NCBI GenBank assembly: GCA_965215195.1
Contig: CBDCDC010000001.1
Location: 608,001 to 672,000, forward strand
DNA from: Candidatus Latescibacterota bacterium
GTDB lineage: Bacteria > Latescibacterota > UBA2968 > UBA8231
Direction of reading: 5' to 3'
DNA: 64,000 bases
Below the pieces are notes generated by a model. The model did not search any database and was not told the origin of the DNA. It was given only the letters and a program-made list of their open reading frames with translations. This document shows, one piece after another, positions 36,944 through 45,584 of this stretch; the stretch's first letter is position 1; every line of letters starts with the position of its first letter. Both the position numbers and the translations under genes were made by a program.

Positions 36944-39223
36944 CTAACCGGCGGCCTGTGCGGCCCGTTCCTCGTGCGCCTGCAACGCAGCGACAATGCG
37001 GTCGGGCTTCATGGGCAATTCCTGTGGACGCACGCCCACGGCATCCTCAATGGCCGCGGCGATGGCCGCGGGCGGCGGGGCAATGTTGGCCTCGCCAACG
37101 CCGCGCACTCCGTAGGGATGGCCCGGGTTGGGGACCTCGACGATGATGGTCTCAATCATCGGCAGGTCGAGGCTGGTCGGGATCCGGTAGTCGAGATAGC
37201 TGGAGTTGTCGAGGTGGCCGTCGCGATTGTAGAAGTACTCCTCGTTGAGGGCCCAGCCAATGCCTTGGGCCGAGCCGCCCTGCATCTGGCCCTCGACGTA
37301 CGCCGGGTGAATGGCCCGGCCAGCGTCTTGGACGACCGTAAAGCGCACAATCTCGACCTTGCCGGTCTCGGGATCCACCTCGACATCGGCGATATTGGCC
37401 GCAAAGGAGCCGCCAACGCCCGAGTCTGGATTCACGGTGGCGCGGCCAATGACCGGGCCGCCGGTCTCTTCGAGTCGGCCGGCCAGTTCCTTAAAGGTCA
37501 GCGCGTTATCGCCAGCACGGAAGACGCCCTCGGCAAACTCGACTTGGCTTACTTCAACCTCCCAGAGCTGAGCCGCACGCTCGCAGAGCTGGTCCCGCAC
37601 GTCGAGGGCGGCCTTGTACGCGGCCCAGCCAGTGGCGTACGTCACCCGGCTGCCGCCGGTTACGTCCGTGTGGCCAATTGAGTCCGTGTCGCCCACCTGC
37701 GGTTTGACGTCTTCGGCCCGCAAGCCCAAGGTCTCGGCAAACTGCATGGCGACCGACGTGCGCGTACCGCCGATGTCGGTCGAACCCTCGACTAAGCTGA
37801 CCGTGCCGTCTGAGTTGACGCTGGCCGTGCAAGAGGACTTCAGCCCGACGTTGAACCAATAGCCGACCGAGATGCCGCGCCCTCGGTTGGGGCTAGCGGG
37901 TGCTGGACTCTGGTAGTGCTCCGAATTGGCGATGGCCTCCAACACCTCCTTGCAGCCCATCTTAGGATACACCACGCCGTCAATGCGGCGAGTGCCGGTC
38001 GTCGCGCTGTTTTTGCGCCGGATCGCCAGCGGCGCCATCCCCAATTCAGCGGCCAGCAGATCGACCACGTGCTCGGTGGCGAAGGCCACCTGCGTCGAAC
38101 CCGGGGCGCGATACGCAAAACTGCGCGGCTTGTTGACCACTACGTCATAGCAGTCGATCCGGCCATCGGGTATGTCGTAGCACGAGAACACGCACATCGC
38201 GGCCGCGCCGACCAAGCCGCCGGGATACGCCCCAGACTCAAAGGCGATGTAGGCGTCGGCAGCCACGATCTTGCCGCTTTTGTCAGCACCCATCTTGATC
38301 TTGATGTACGACCCGGGCGTCGGGCCGGTGCTCTCAAAGACGGCCGGCCGGGTCATCACCATCTTGACGGGTTGGCCGGTCGCCTTGGAGAGCAAAGCGG
38401 CGACCGGCTCCAAGTAAATCGGGATTTTGCCGCCAAAGCCGCCGCCGATTTCCTGGGGCACGACCTTGATCTTGGAAATGGGCATGTCCAAGACCGCGCC
38501 GACTTGGGCACGCGCGGTGAACGAACCTTGGGTGCTGGTCCAGATCGTCAGTTGGCCATCGGCGTTCCAACTCGCCGTGGCGTTGTGCGGCTCAATGTAC
38601 CCTTGATGCACGGTGGCGGTCTGGAACTCGCGCTCTACAATCACGTCGGCCTCGGCAAAGGCTTTGTGCGGGTCGCCGAGCTTGTGCTCAAAGTGAGTGG
38701 CGAGGTTGCTCTTGCGGCCCGTGTCTTCCCCAAACTCTTGGGTGGTCATGTCGTCGTGGAGCTGGGGCGCACCCTCCTGCATGGCCTCGCGCACGTCGAG
38801 CACTGGCTCTAGGACCTCGTACTCAACTTCGATCAGGTCGAGTGCCTCTTCGGCAATATGGACGCTAGTAGCGGCTACCGCGGCGATTGGATGCCCGCTG
38901 TACAGGGCCTTATCCGTGGCCAGCACATTGTCGCGCAGGTATTTGAGCCGGGCCGGGCCTTCGCCGAGATCGACGACTTGGTCTCCGGCGTCGGGCAAAT
39001 CACGGCCAATGAGAACGGCCTTTACTCCGGGCAGGGCGGCGGCCTTAGCAGTGTCTATGGACTTGATGCAGGCATGGGCGTGGGGCGAGCGCAGGACCTG
39101 TCCGTAGAGCAAGCCGGCCAACCGGGTGTCGCCGCCGTAAATGGCGCGCCCAGTGACCTTATCGACGCCGTCGTGGCGGATGGGGCGAGTGCCAATGACT
39201 TTATAGCCATTCGTGGCAGACAT
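36944..39223 (-). CDS. Xanthine dehydrogenase family molybdopterin-binding subunit
   Basis: KVTGRA.Y, IGGGFGGK, AYRAPG, VEGQMQGG, GVRGVGE. Confidence 0.93.
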   Translation of the reverse strand: MSATNGYKVIGTRPIRHDGVDKVTGRAIYGGDTRLAGLLYGQVLRSPHAHACIKSIDTAKAAALPGVKAVLIGRDLPDAGDQVVDLGEGPARLKYLRDNVLATDKALYSGHPIAAVAATSVHIAEEALDLIEVEYEVLEPVLDVREAMQEGAPQLHDDMTTQEFGEDTGRKSNLATHFEHKLGDPHKAFAEADVIVEREFQTATVHQGYIEPHNATASWNADGQLTIWTSTQGSFTARAQVGAVLDMPISKIKVVPQEIGGGFGGKIPIYLEPVAALLSKATGQPVKMVMTRPAVFESTGPTPGSYIKIKMGADKSGKIVAADAYIAFESGAYPGGLVGAAAMCVFSCYDIPDGRIDCYDVVVNKPRSFAYRAPGSTQVAFATEHVVDLLAAELGMAPLAIRRKNSATTGTRRIDGVVYPKMGCKEVLEAIANSEHYQSPAPASPNRGRGISVGYWFNVGLKSSCTASVNSDGTVSLVEGSTDIGGTRTSVAMQFAETLGLRAEDVKPQVGDTDSIGHTDVTGGSRVTYATGWAAYKAALDVRDQLCERAAQLWEVEVSQVEFAEGVFRAGDNALTFKELAGRLEETGGPVIGRATVNPDSGVGGSFAANIADVEVDPETGKVEIVRFTVVQDAGRAIHPAYVEGQMQGGSAQGIGWALNEEYFYNRDGHLDNSSYLDYRIPTSLDLPMIETIIVEVPNPGHPYGVRGVGEANIAPPPAAIAAAIEDAVGVRPQELPMKPDRIVAALQAHEERAAQAAG

Positions 39224-39243
39224 GGCGTTCCTCCTCGTTGGGT

Positions 39244-39723
39244 TCAGGCGCTTTGGCGCACTTCCTCAGCCGCGTCGAGGACGGCGCGGACGATCTTGTC
39301 GTAGCCCGTGCAGCGGCACAAGTTGCCAGCCAGCCAGTGCCGCACCTCGTGCTCGGAAGGGTTGGGGTTGTAGTCGAGCAGGGCCTTAGAGGCCACCAAA
39401 AATCCCGGGGTGCAAATACCGCATTGGAGCGCGGCGTGTTCGAGGAATTTCTGCTGTACCGGATGCAGGCTATCCGGGCGGGCAAGGCCCTCGACTGTGT
39501 CTATCGCCTTGCCCGCGGCCTCGACGGCCAGCATCAGACAAGAATCCACGAGGACGCCGTCGACGGCGATGGAGCATGCGCCGCAGTTGCCGTCGTTGCA
39601 GCCCTCTTTGGTGCCGGTGAAGCCGAGCGTCTCGCGCAATACTTCGAGCAGGCTTTGGCGCGGTTCGCAGAGAAATTCGGTCGGCTCTCCGTTGATCGTG
39701 GTCTGGACGTGTGTTTTGCTCAT
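39244..39723 (-). CDS. (2Fe-2S)-binding subunit (CoxS/XdhC-like)
   Basis: GTKEGCNDGNCGAC, QCGICTPG, NLCRCTGY. Confidence 0.95.
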   Translation of the reverse strand: MSKTHVQTTINGEPTEFLCEPRQSLLEVLRETLGFTGTKEGCNDGNCGACSIAVDGVLVDSCLMLAVEAAGKAIDTVEGLARPDSLHPVQQKFLEHAALQCGICTPGFLVASKALLDYNPNPSEHEVRHWLAGNLCRCTGYDKIVRAVLDAAEEVRQSA

Positions 39724-39779
39724 GTACCTTAACTCCGAATTTGGGCCGCCTGTTGCGGCGAGTGGACGTCTAATACCTT

Positions 39780-40688
39780 CTAGCCAGCCGCTTCCTGCAC
39801 GGCGTTGGCCACGAACTGGCCGCGGGCCCGGGCCACAGCACCCGCGAGTGTGCGCTTGACCAGCACCCCAACGAGGTGGGTGCGAAACTCGGCCGGGCCG
39901 CGCATATCGGAAATCGGCCGGGCCGCGCTCTGAGCCATTGCGGCAGCCGCTGCGATGGCCTCGTCTGAGACGGCTTGGCCCGCGAGGCTGTCGCCGGCCT
40001 CGCGAGCAAAAATCGGCGTGGGGCCGACCGCGGCGAGCGCAATGCGCACGGCCTTAAACTCCTTGCCGCGATTGGCCAAGCTGACATGGGAGGACACTCC
40101 GACGACGGCGATGTCCATCTCGTTGCGCGGAATGAAGCGCTGGTAGTGCGAGCCGGTGTTCTTCTTGGCAATCGGGATCTGGAGAGAGACCAAAATCTCG
40201 CCGGGTGCGAGTACGCTGCGGCCCGGGGCAGTGCAAAAATCCTCTACCGCGACTTGGCGCTTGCCGTCCGGCCCGGCGATGTGGCACACGGCCGAGTGGG
40301 TAATCAGGCTGGGGATCGTGTCCGCGCTGGGAGAGGCGTTGCACAAATTGCCGCCAAAGGTGGCGCGGCCCTGTATCTGGATGCCGCCGATAATGGCAGC
40401 CGAATCGACGAGCCCGGGATACCGCTCGACGATTGCCGGGTCATTGTACATGCGCCAGCAGGACACGGCCGCGCCGATGACCAAACCCCGGCGGGGGCCG
40501 TAGGAAAGCTCGTTGGCTTCGGGGACATTCTTGATGTCGATAATGCAGTCGGGCGCAAAACGCTTCCCGCGCAATTGGACGATCAAGTCGGTGCCACCGG
40601 CGAGGACGCGGGCGGCCTCGCCCTTTGCGGCCTTGAGGGCCACGGCCTCGCGCAACGTGCTAGGGGCGCAGTATGCAAAATCTTTCAA
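39780..40688 (-). CDS. FAD-binding subunit (CoxM-like)
   Basis: LAGGTDL, ATFGGNLCNASPSAD. Confidence 0.93.
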   Translation of the reverse strand: MKDFAYCAPSTLREAVALKAAKGEAARVLAGGTDLIVQLRGKRFAPDCIIDIKNVPEANELSYGPRRGLVIGAAVSCWRMYNDPAIVERYPGLVDSAAIIGGIQIQGRATFGGNLCNASPSADTIPSLITHSAVCHIAGPDGKRQVAVEDFCTAPGRSVLAPGEILVSLQIPIAKKNTGSHYQRFIPRNEMDIAVVGVSSHVSLANRGKEFKAVRIALAAVGPTPIFAREAGDSLAGQAVSDEAIAAAAAMAQSAARPISDMRGPAEFRTHLVGVLVKRTLAGAVARARGQFVANAVQEAAG

Positions 40689-40732
40689 GGAAAAGCCTCC
40701 TCGCTTGTAAGTGTTCGCTGCGTTCGCGCCTA

Positions 40733-40761
40733 ATTATGGAACGCTCCACCCCTGCTGTCAA
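40733..40761 (-). promoter_or_regulatory. Sigma70-type promoter of the molybdoenzyme operon
   Basis: TTGACA-N17-CATAAT on the minus strand, 45 nt upstream of the start codon. Confidence 0.7.
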
Positions 40762-40858
40762 GAGCGGCAAAAGAGGCTGGATAGCTGGATTTTTTTTCGG
40801 GGAAACCCCGTCGTGAGGTGCTTCAATCCGCGGACGACTGAGCCGACGAGGATGCACC

Positions 40859-42673
40859 CTAAGGCAGCTTCATCATCTTCTTGGCTCCCACTTGCCCATC
40901 CACCTCAACCCGATAGAGGTACACGCCGGCGGCCACATTCCTGCCCACCTCGTCGCGGCCATTCCAAGTAAAACGATGGCTCCCCGCCCCCAGTGGACCG
41001 TCCCACACCTGCCGCACCCGACGACCCAACACGTCGTACACCGTCAGCGACACCCCGGCCGCGTCCGTCGCCAAATCGAGGGGAATCACTACAGCCGGAT
41101 TAAACGGATTGGGATAGCTGTCGCCCAGCCGATGCTGCGCTGGTCGTGCTGCCGCCGCCATCACTGCCGTCGGCTGCCCAACCCCCGAATTCTCGAGCAC
41201 ATGTACGCCACCCAAGGCCGGATCCAACACCACCAAGTCCAGATCGCCGTCGTCATCCACATCGCCGGGCAGCACCCCAGTCCCATCGCCAGTCAAGCGA
41301 TGCGTCTCCCCTTCTCGGGTTGGACGCAAGCCCCCACCCCACTCGACAAACACCCCAAAGCCCGACGCCCGGTTGCCGCCGACAAACGCCCAATCATCTA
41401 CCCCATCGGCGTTCAAATCGCGCACCACCACTGGCGAGCGCAGAAATAGCTGCTCGTCGTACAGCACCTGCTCAATCCCTCCTTCGGACAGCCCTCGCAC
41501 AACGAGTCCCATGTCCCCTTCAAAGGGGTTGCGTTGGAGCGCCCCAACCCACTCCCACTGCCCATCGCCATCAAAATCGCCCCCGGGAATCTCCCAAGTG
41601 TGTTCGATCAAGTCCCAGAGGGCTTCGAGGTCTTGCGGACTCATAGTGAGCACCTCGATCTGGAGATCCGGCCCGATAGACCAAACCGCTATTTCGGAGC
41701 CTACCCTTATCACCAGCTCGTCTTGGCCATCGCCATCCATATCGCGGGCGAGTACATACCAAAATCCCGGCAGGTCTCGGGCATACCCGATGCGCGCACT
41801 TGCAAAGGCCCCGCTACCATCGTTGAGGGCCATGACCCAGCCCCAAGCGGGTCTCCAGCCGGAGGGGGGATCACCCGCATAAGGGGCATATCGAGGCGAG
41901 AAAAGATCTAAGTCGCCATCGCCATCTAAGTCGATCAAGACGCCGCTCCCCCCTACGTACCCTAAACCCGGGGCAATCGGATAAAACACCGGTGGCGCAA
42001 AAAGACCGGGATTATTAAAGGGAAAATACTTCACCGGCGGCCGGGCTAATTCACCCTGTGAGCGCTCTTCAGGGCCGGTCAACTCAACCCAGTCGAGCTC
42101 AAAATGCCCGACCAACTCATCCACCGCCCGAGGCTTCTCCGCTTCGTTTAGATCCAATGTAAAATGCAGCCGAATATCCCGTAAAGACCCCTCCCACACG
42201 ATCTCATCTTGGCCGGCGAGGATAAACTCTACTTCCTGCCACTCGGTAGTATAAGCGAGGTCTATGGAGGGGAGCCCAAATCGGCCCAGATGTTCTGGAT
42301 CGAGCCCTGGTGCCGCGAGGTTGTGCTCATTGGTCCAAGCAAGCCTAACGCGCCCGGCCGTAGGGCGATCATGCACGGTGCGGAACCGGACCCGCACCCG
42401 GTCGAACAGATGCGAATCGTAGCCAATGGGATAAGAAATCAAGGCCACATTTGGACCAGGATTCCTCTTCCCCACCACCGAGGGCGAGACATCAACCCTC
42501 CACACGCCGCCTTCAACCTCCCCCGGAAACAAGTAAAATTCACTTGGTCCACCCCATTCAAAAGCTCTTTTGGCGGACCACCCTTGCGCTGTTCCGTCGT
42601 CGAAATCCCACTTGATTGCCTCGGCGAGGCCGGGCCATAGCACTAAGCATCCAACAACGGCGAATTTCAACAC
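40859..42673 (-). CDS. Secreted FG-GAP/VCBS-repeat protein with FlgD-Ig/T9SS type A-like C-terminal domain
   Basis: Signal peptide; DLDGDGDLD repeats; SYPNPFNP...VYDVLGRRVR...WNGRD...GVYLYR. Confidence 0.85.
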   Translation of the reverse strand: MLKFAVVGCLVLWPGLAEAIKWDFDDGTAQGWSAKRAFEWGGPSEFYLFPGEVEGGVWRVDVSPSVVGKRNPGPNVALISYPIGYDSHLFDRVRVRFRTVHDRPTAGRVRLAWTNEHNLAAPGLDPEHLGRFGLPSIDLAYTTEWQEVEFILAGQDEIVWEGSLRDIRLHFTLDLNEAEKPRAVDELVGHFELDWVELTGPEERSQGELARPPVKYFPFNNPGLFAPPVFYPIAPGLGYVGGSGVLIDLDGDGDLDLFSPRYAPYAGDPPSGWRPAWGWVMALNDGSGAFASARIGYARDLPGFWYVLARDMDGDGQDELVIRVGSEIAVWSIGPDLQIEVLTMSPQDLEALWDLIEHTWEIPGGDFDGDGQWEWVGALQRNPFEGDMGLVVRGLSEGGIEQVLYDEQLFLRSPVVVRDLNADGVDDWAFVGGNRASGFGVFVEWGGGLRPTREGETHRLTGDGTGVLPGDVDDDGDLDLVVLDPALGGVHVLENSGVGQPTAVMAAAARPAQHRLGDSYPNPFNPAVVIPLDLATDAAGVSLTVYDVLGRRVRQVWDGPLGAGSHRFTWNGRDEVGRNVAAGVYLYRVEVDGQVGAKKMMKLP

Positions 42674-42773
42674 GATGGCACCTCCCTAGAAATTGCCAGA
42701 AAACGGCGTAGCGAAAAGAGGCCAATCGACTACCAAATAATGGCCAGCGACAGGCCGCATCAACAGCTTCTCG

Positions 42774-43670
42774 TCAATCGCTCCCTACCCCGGCCTCCAA
42801 GCTCCAATAGATCGTTTCGATCCAGCGCTGCGTTGGCACGAAAGACCACTCCCACGACGCCCATTGCGGGTTGAGGCCCTCTGCGCTGATCTGGTCGAGG
42901 GACAGGCCCTCTGCGCGGCGCGTGCGCACACTGGCCGTGGTTTCCACCAACATGCGGTGGTAGATCTTCAGCTCGTCAAGCGTGGCGAGCGGGCCGTGGC
43001 CGGGGATGATTTTCGCGTCTGCGGGAAGCTGGTCGATGAGTGTGGCGATGTGTTGCGTCAGGGTCTCGACATCGCCGCCGTACTCTAGATCGACAAAGGG
43101 GAAGAGGCCGTTAAAAAACAGGTCGCCAAGGTGGGCGATCTGGGCGTTGATGAAGAATACGGCGATGTCCCCGTCGGTATGGGCGCGGGGGAAGTGAACG
43201 GCGCGGATTTCCTCGCCGTTGAAGAACACGGACGCCGACTGGGCAAACGCAATTTTTGGCAAGGCAACGGCCGGCGCAGGTTCAATGAACCGCTTGCCAA
43301 ATTCACCGCCCGTCGCTAGGCGTTTGCGGACATTGGCGTGGGCCAAAATCGCGGCGTGCTGGCCAAAGGCGCGGTTGCCGCCGGTGTGGTCGGCGTGGAA
43401 GTGCGTGTTAAAGATGTACTGGGGCTGCTTCGACCTGAGCCCAGCCGCAGGGCCGGCAAAACGGGCTAGCGCGGCGCACACTGCATCGGCTTGCGACGCC
43501 AATTTGGCATCCACCAAAAGAATGCCATCATCGCCGACGCAAACCCCGACATTGCCACCGCCGCCTTGCAGCATGTACACCTTGTCACTGAGCTGGGAAA
43601 GCGACAGCTCGGCGGTCGCTGGCCCAGCAGCCAACAGCGGGGCACAAAGTGCCGCGATTAACAAGCGCAT
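42774..43670 (-). CDS. MBL-fold metallo-hydrolase (cyclase-like), secreted
   Basis: NTHFHADHTGGN, AHTDGD, IPGHG. Confidence 0.9.
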   Translation of the reverse strand: MRLLIAALCAPLLAAGPATAELSLSQLSDKVYMLQGGGGNVGVCVGDDGILLVDAKLASQADAVCAALARFAGPAAGLRSKQPQYIFNTHFHADHTGGNRAFGQHAAILAHANVRKRLATGGEFGKRFIEPAPAVALPKIAFAQSASVFFNGEEIRAVHFPRAHTDGDIAVFFINAQIAHLGDLFFNGLFPFVDLEYGGDVETLTQHIATLIDQLPADAKIIPGHGPLATLDELKIYHRMLVETTASVRTRRAEGLSLDQISAEGLNPQWASWEWSFVPTQRWIETIYWSLEAGVGSD

Positions 43671-43812
43671 GTTCCTTTTTCCTCCGTGATTAGGCTAACG
43701 GTGAAGACCCCGACCAGCACAGAGCCAGCCTTTCAAAAGTGTCAGGGCGGGAATCAGAGGGCCTCTTAGCAGCGGTCTGAAAACTCGCGTCGGGCCGTTA
43801 GGTCCTAGGACG

Positions 43813-43932
43813 GAGGGCGTCTCGCCCTCCACCCTGCGCGGGCAAGCTGCCCTCGCACCCAAGCTATGGGCCGCAGAGGACCGCACGACGGGTTTGGTCG
43901 CGCCTAAAGGCGCGGTGAAGCAGACCGCTTCT
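43813..43932. repeat. REP-like palindromes plus an inverted copy of the 24292 repeat
   Basis: GAGGGCGTCTCGCCCTC and GCGGGCAAGCTGCCCTCGC resemble 53531-53574; 43878-43932 is the inverse of 24292-24343. Confidence 0.65.
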
Positions 43933-45584
43933 TAGTAGCGCACAGGCCGGACGATGCGCAACGTCAGATTCCCTTCTTCGACAATGAAATACCGATTGAC
44001 CGGCAGGTCGGTAAAAATTTCGCAGTGCTGGTCGGGCCAGCGCACTTCGAGCGTATCGACCCGCCCGACGCGCCCCAGCCCGAAGTGGAGGCGGCGGTCC
44101 TCGCTGGAGAGGAAACTGCTGCCGCAGATGAGGTCGCGGATCTGCGTCCGCTTGCCAGCGACGAGTCGCGCTCGGGCACCAATGCCATCGCGGTTGCCGC
44201 GCGTACCAACCAAGCGCAGGCCCAGCCAATTCTGCCGGTTGCCTACATCGTTCCGCAACAGGGAGGGCCGATCGTCGAGATTGGCAACAAAAACATCCAA
44301 GTCGCCGTCGTCGTCAAAGTCGAGCACGTTGGCTCCGCGGCTGACGCGGGGCACCTCGGAGCTGAGCGCGATCCGAGTAAACGTTCCGTCGCCAACATTG
44401 GCAAAAAGATGATTGGGCTGGGCATACGCACTGCCGCTGCCGGCGCGGTCGATCTGCGGGTACACGTGGCCGTTGGCCACCAAAAGATCGAGATCGCCAT
44501 CGTTGTCAAAATCGCCGAAACCCGCGCCAAAGCCCACGTGCGCCCACCCGGTGCGTACCAGGGCCGCTTCCGCGCTGACATCCGCAAAAGTGCCGTCACC
44601 CTCGTTGCGATAGAGGGTATTGTACTCGCCTTCAAAATGCGTGGCGAGCAAATCGGGGCGGCCGTCGCGGTCGTAGTCACCCCAAGCCACGCCCATGCTC
44701 GCTTGGATTTGTCCGCTGCGGCCATAGGCCAAGCGGGCCGGGAGGGAGCGGTCGGTAAAGCGGCCGTCGCCGCGATTGCGATAAAAAAAGTTCGGGCTGG
44801 AGTCGTTGGCCACGAATAAGTCGGGCCAGCCATCGGCGTCCGCGTCCGCAAACAGCACGCCCAAGCCGTAGCCTGGGGAGGGGTGGTTGAGGCGCGCCCA
44901 AGCGGTGACGTCGGCAAACTCGTCCCCGTCGTTGCGATAAAACACGTCCGCAGCCCCCAGCAAGCCCCGCGGTCCGACGAAGACCTCCACCCCCTTCCAC
45001 TGCGCCCCCAAGCGCTCGACCGCAGCGGAATCGAATACCGCATAGCTCGCCACATACAGGTCGAGGTCGCCATCGCGGTCGTAGTCGGCCCACGCCGCGC
45101 CCGTGCTCCAACCGGGCGCAGCCACGCCAGCCGCTGCGGCCACATCGACAAAGCGGTCGCCGTCGTTGCGGTAGAGCAAATTCTCCCGCAATTGGGTCGC
45201 GTATAGGTCTTGATCGCCATCGTTGTCAAAGTCCGCGCTGGTTGCACCCATGCCCCAACCGCGGCCCGCGAGCCCGAGCACCTCGCCCACATCGACAAAG
45301 CCGGCCGGGCCATCGTTGCGGTAGAGCGCGTGGCCGCCGCCTTGGCCGTTGACCCAGTACAGGTCTTGGTCGCCGTCGTTATCAAAATCCAGCGCGGCTG
45401 TGCCGCCGCCTTTGGCCTCGGGGATATAGCCCTTTTCCGCGCTGCCGCTCGCGTGGACGCGGGTCAGGCCGAGTTCGGCGGCCACATCGACAAAGGGCGC
45501 AAGCGGCTCGGCTGCGGCCCAGCACGTCCACAGGATGGTCGCGCAGAGGCCGCTGACTATGTTTGGGGGAAACCTAGTACACAC
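43932..45584 (-). CDS. CRTAC1 family protein (FG-GAP repeats plus ASPIC/UnbV domain)
   Basis: DFDNDGDQD repeats, NRDGIGAR, LHFGLG, VRWP; start uncertain (GTG at 45584). Confidence 0.88.
   Translation of the reverse strand: MCTRFPPNIVSGLCATILWTCWAAAEPLAPFVDVAAELGLTRVHASGSAEKGYIPEAKGGGTAALDFDNDGDQDLYWVNGQGGGHALYRNDGPAGFVDVGEVLGLAGRGWGMGATSADFDNDGDQDLYATQLRENLLYRNDGDRFVDVAAAAGVAAPGWSTGAAWADYDRDGDLDLYVASYAVFDSAAVERLGAQWKGVEVFVGPRGLLGAADVFYRNDGDEFADVTAWARLNHPSPGYGLGVLFADADADGWPDLFVANDSSPNFFYRNRGDGRFTDRSLPARLAYGRSGQIQASMGVAWGDYDRDGRPDLLATHFEGEYNTLYRNEGDGTFADVSAEAALVRTGWAHVGFGAGFGDFDNDGDLDLLVANGHVYPQIDRAGSGSAYAQPNHLFANVGDGTFTRIALSSEVPRVSRGANVLDFDDDGDLDVFVANLDDRPSLLRNDVGNRQNWLGLRLVGTRGNRDGIGARARLVAGKRTQIRDLICGSSFLSSEDRRLHFGLGRVGRVDTLEVRWPDQHCEIFTDLPVNRYFIVEEGNLTLRIVRPVRY

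Noticed and set aside
36944-39223. Aerobic CO dehydrogenase CoxL
   Set aside because: Active-site loop is AYRAPG, not AYxCSFR (form I) or AYRGAGR (form II); substrate unknown.
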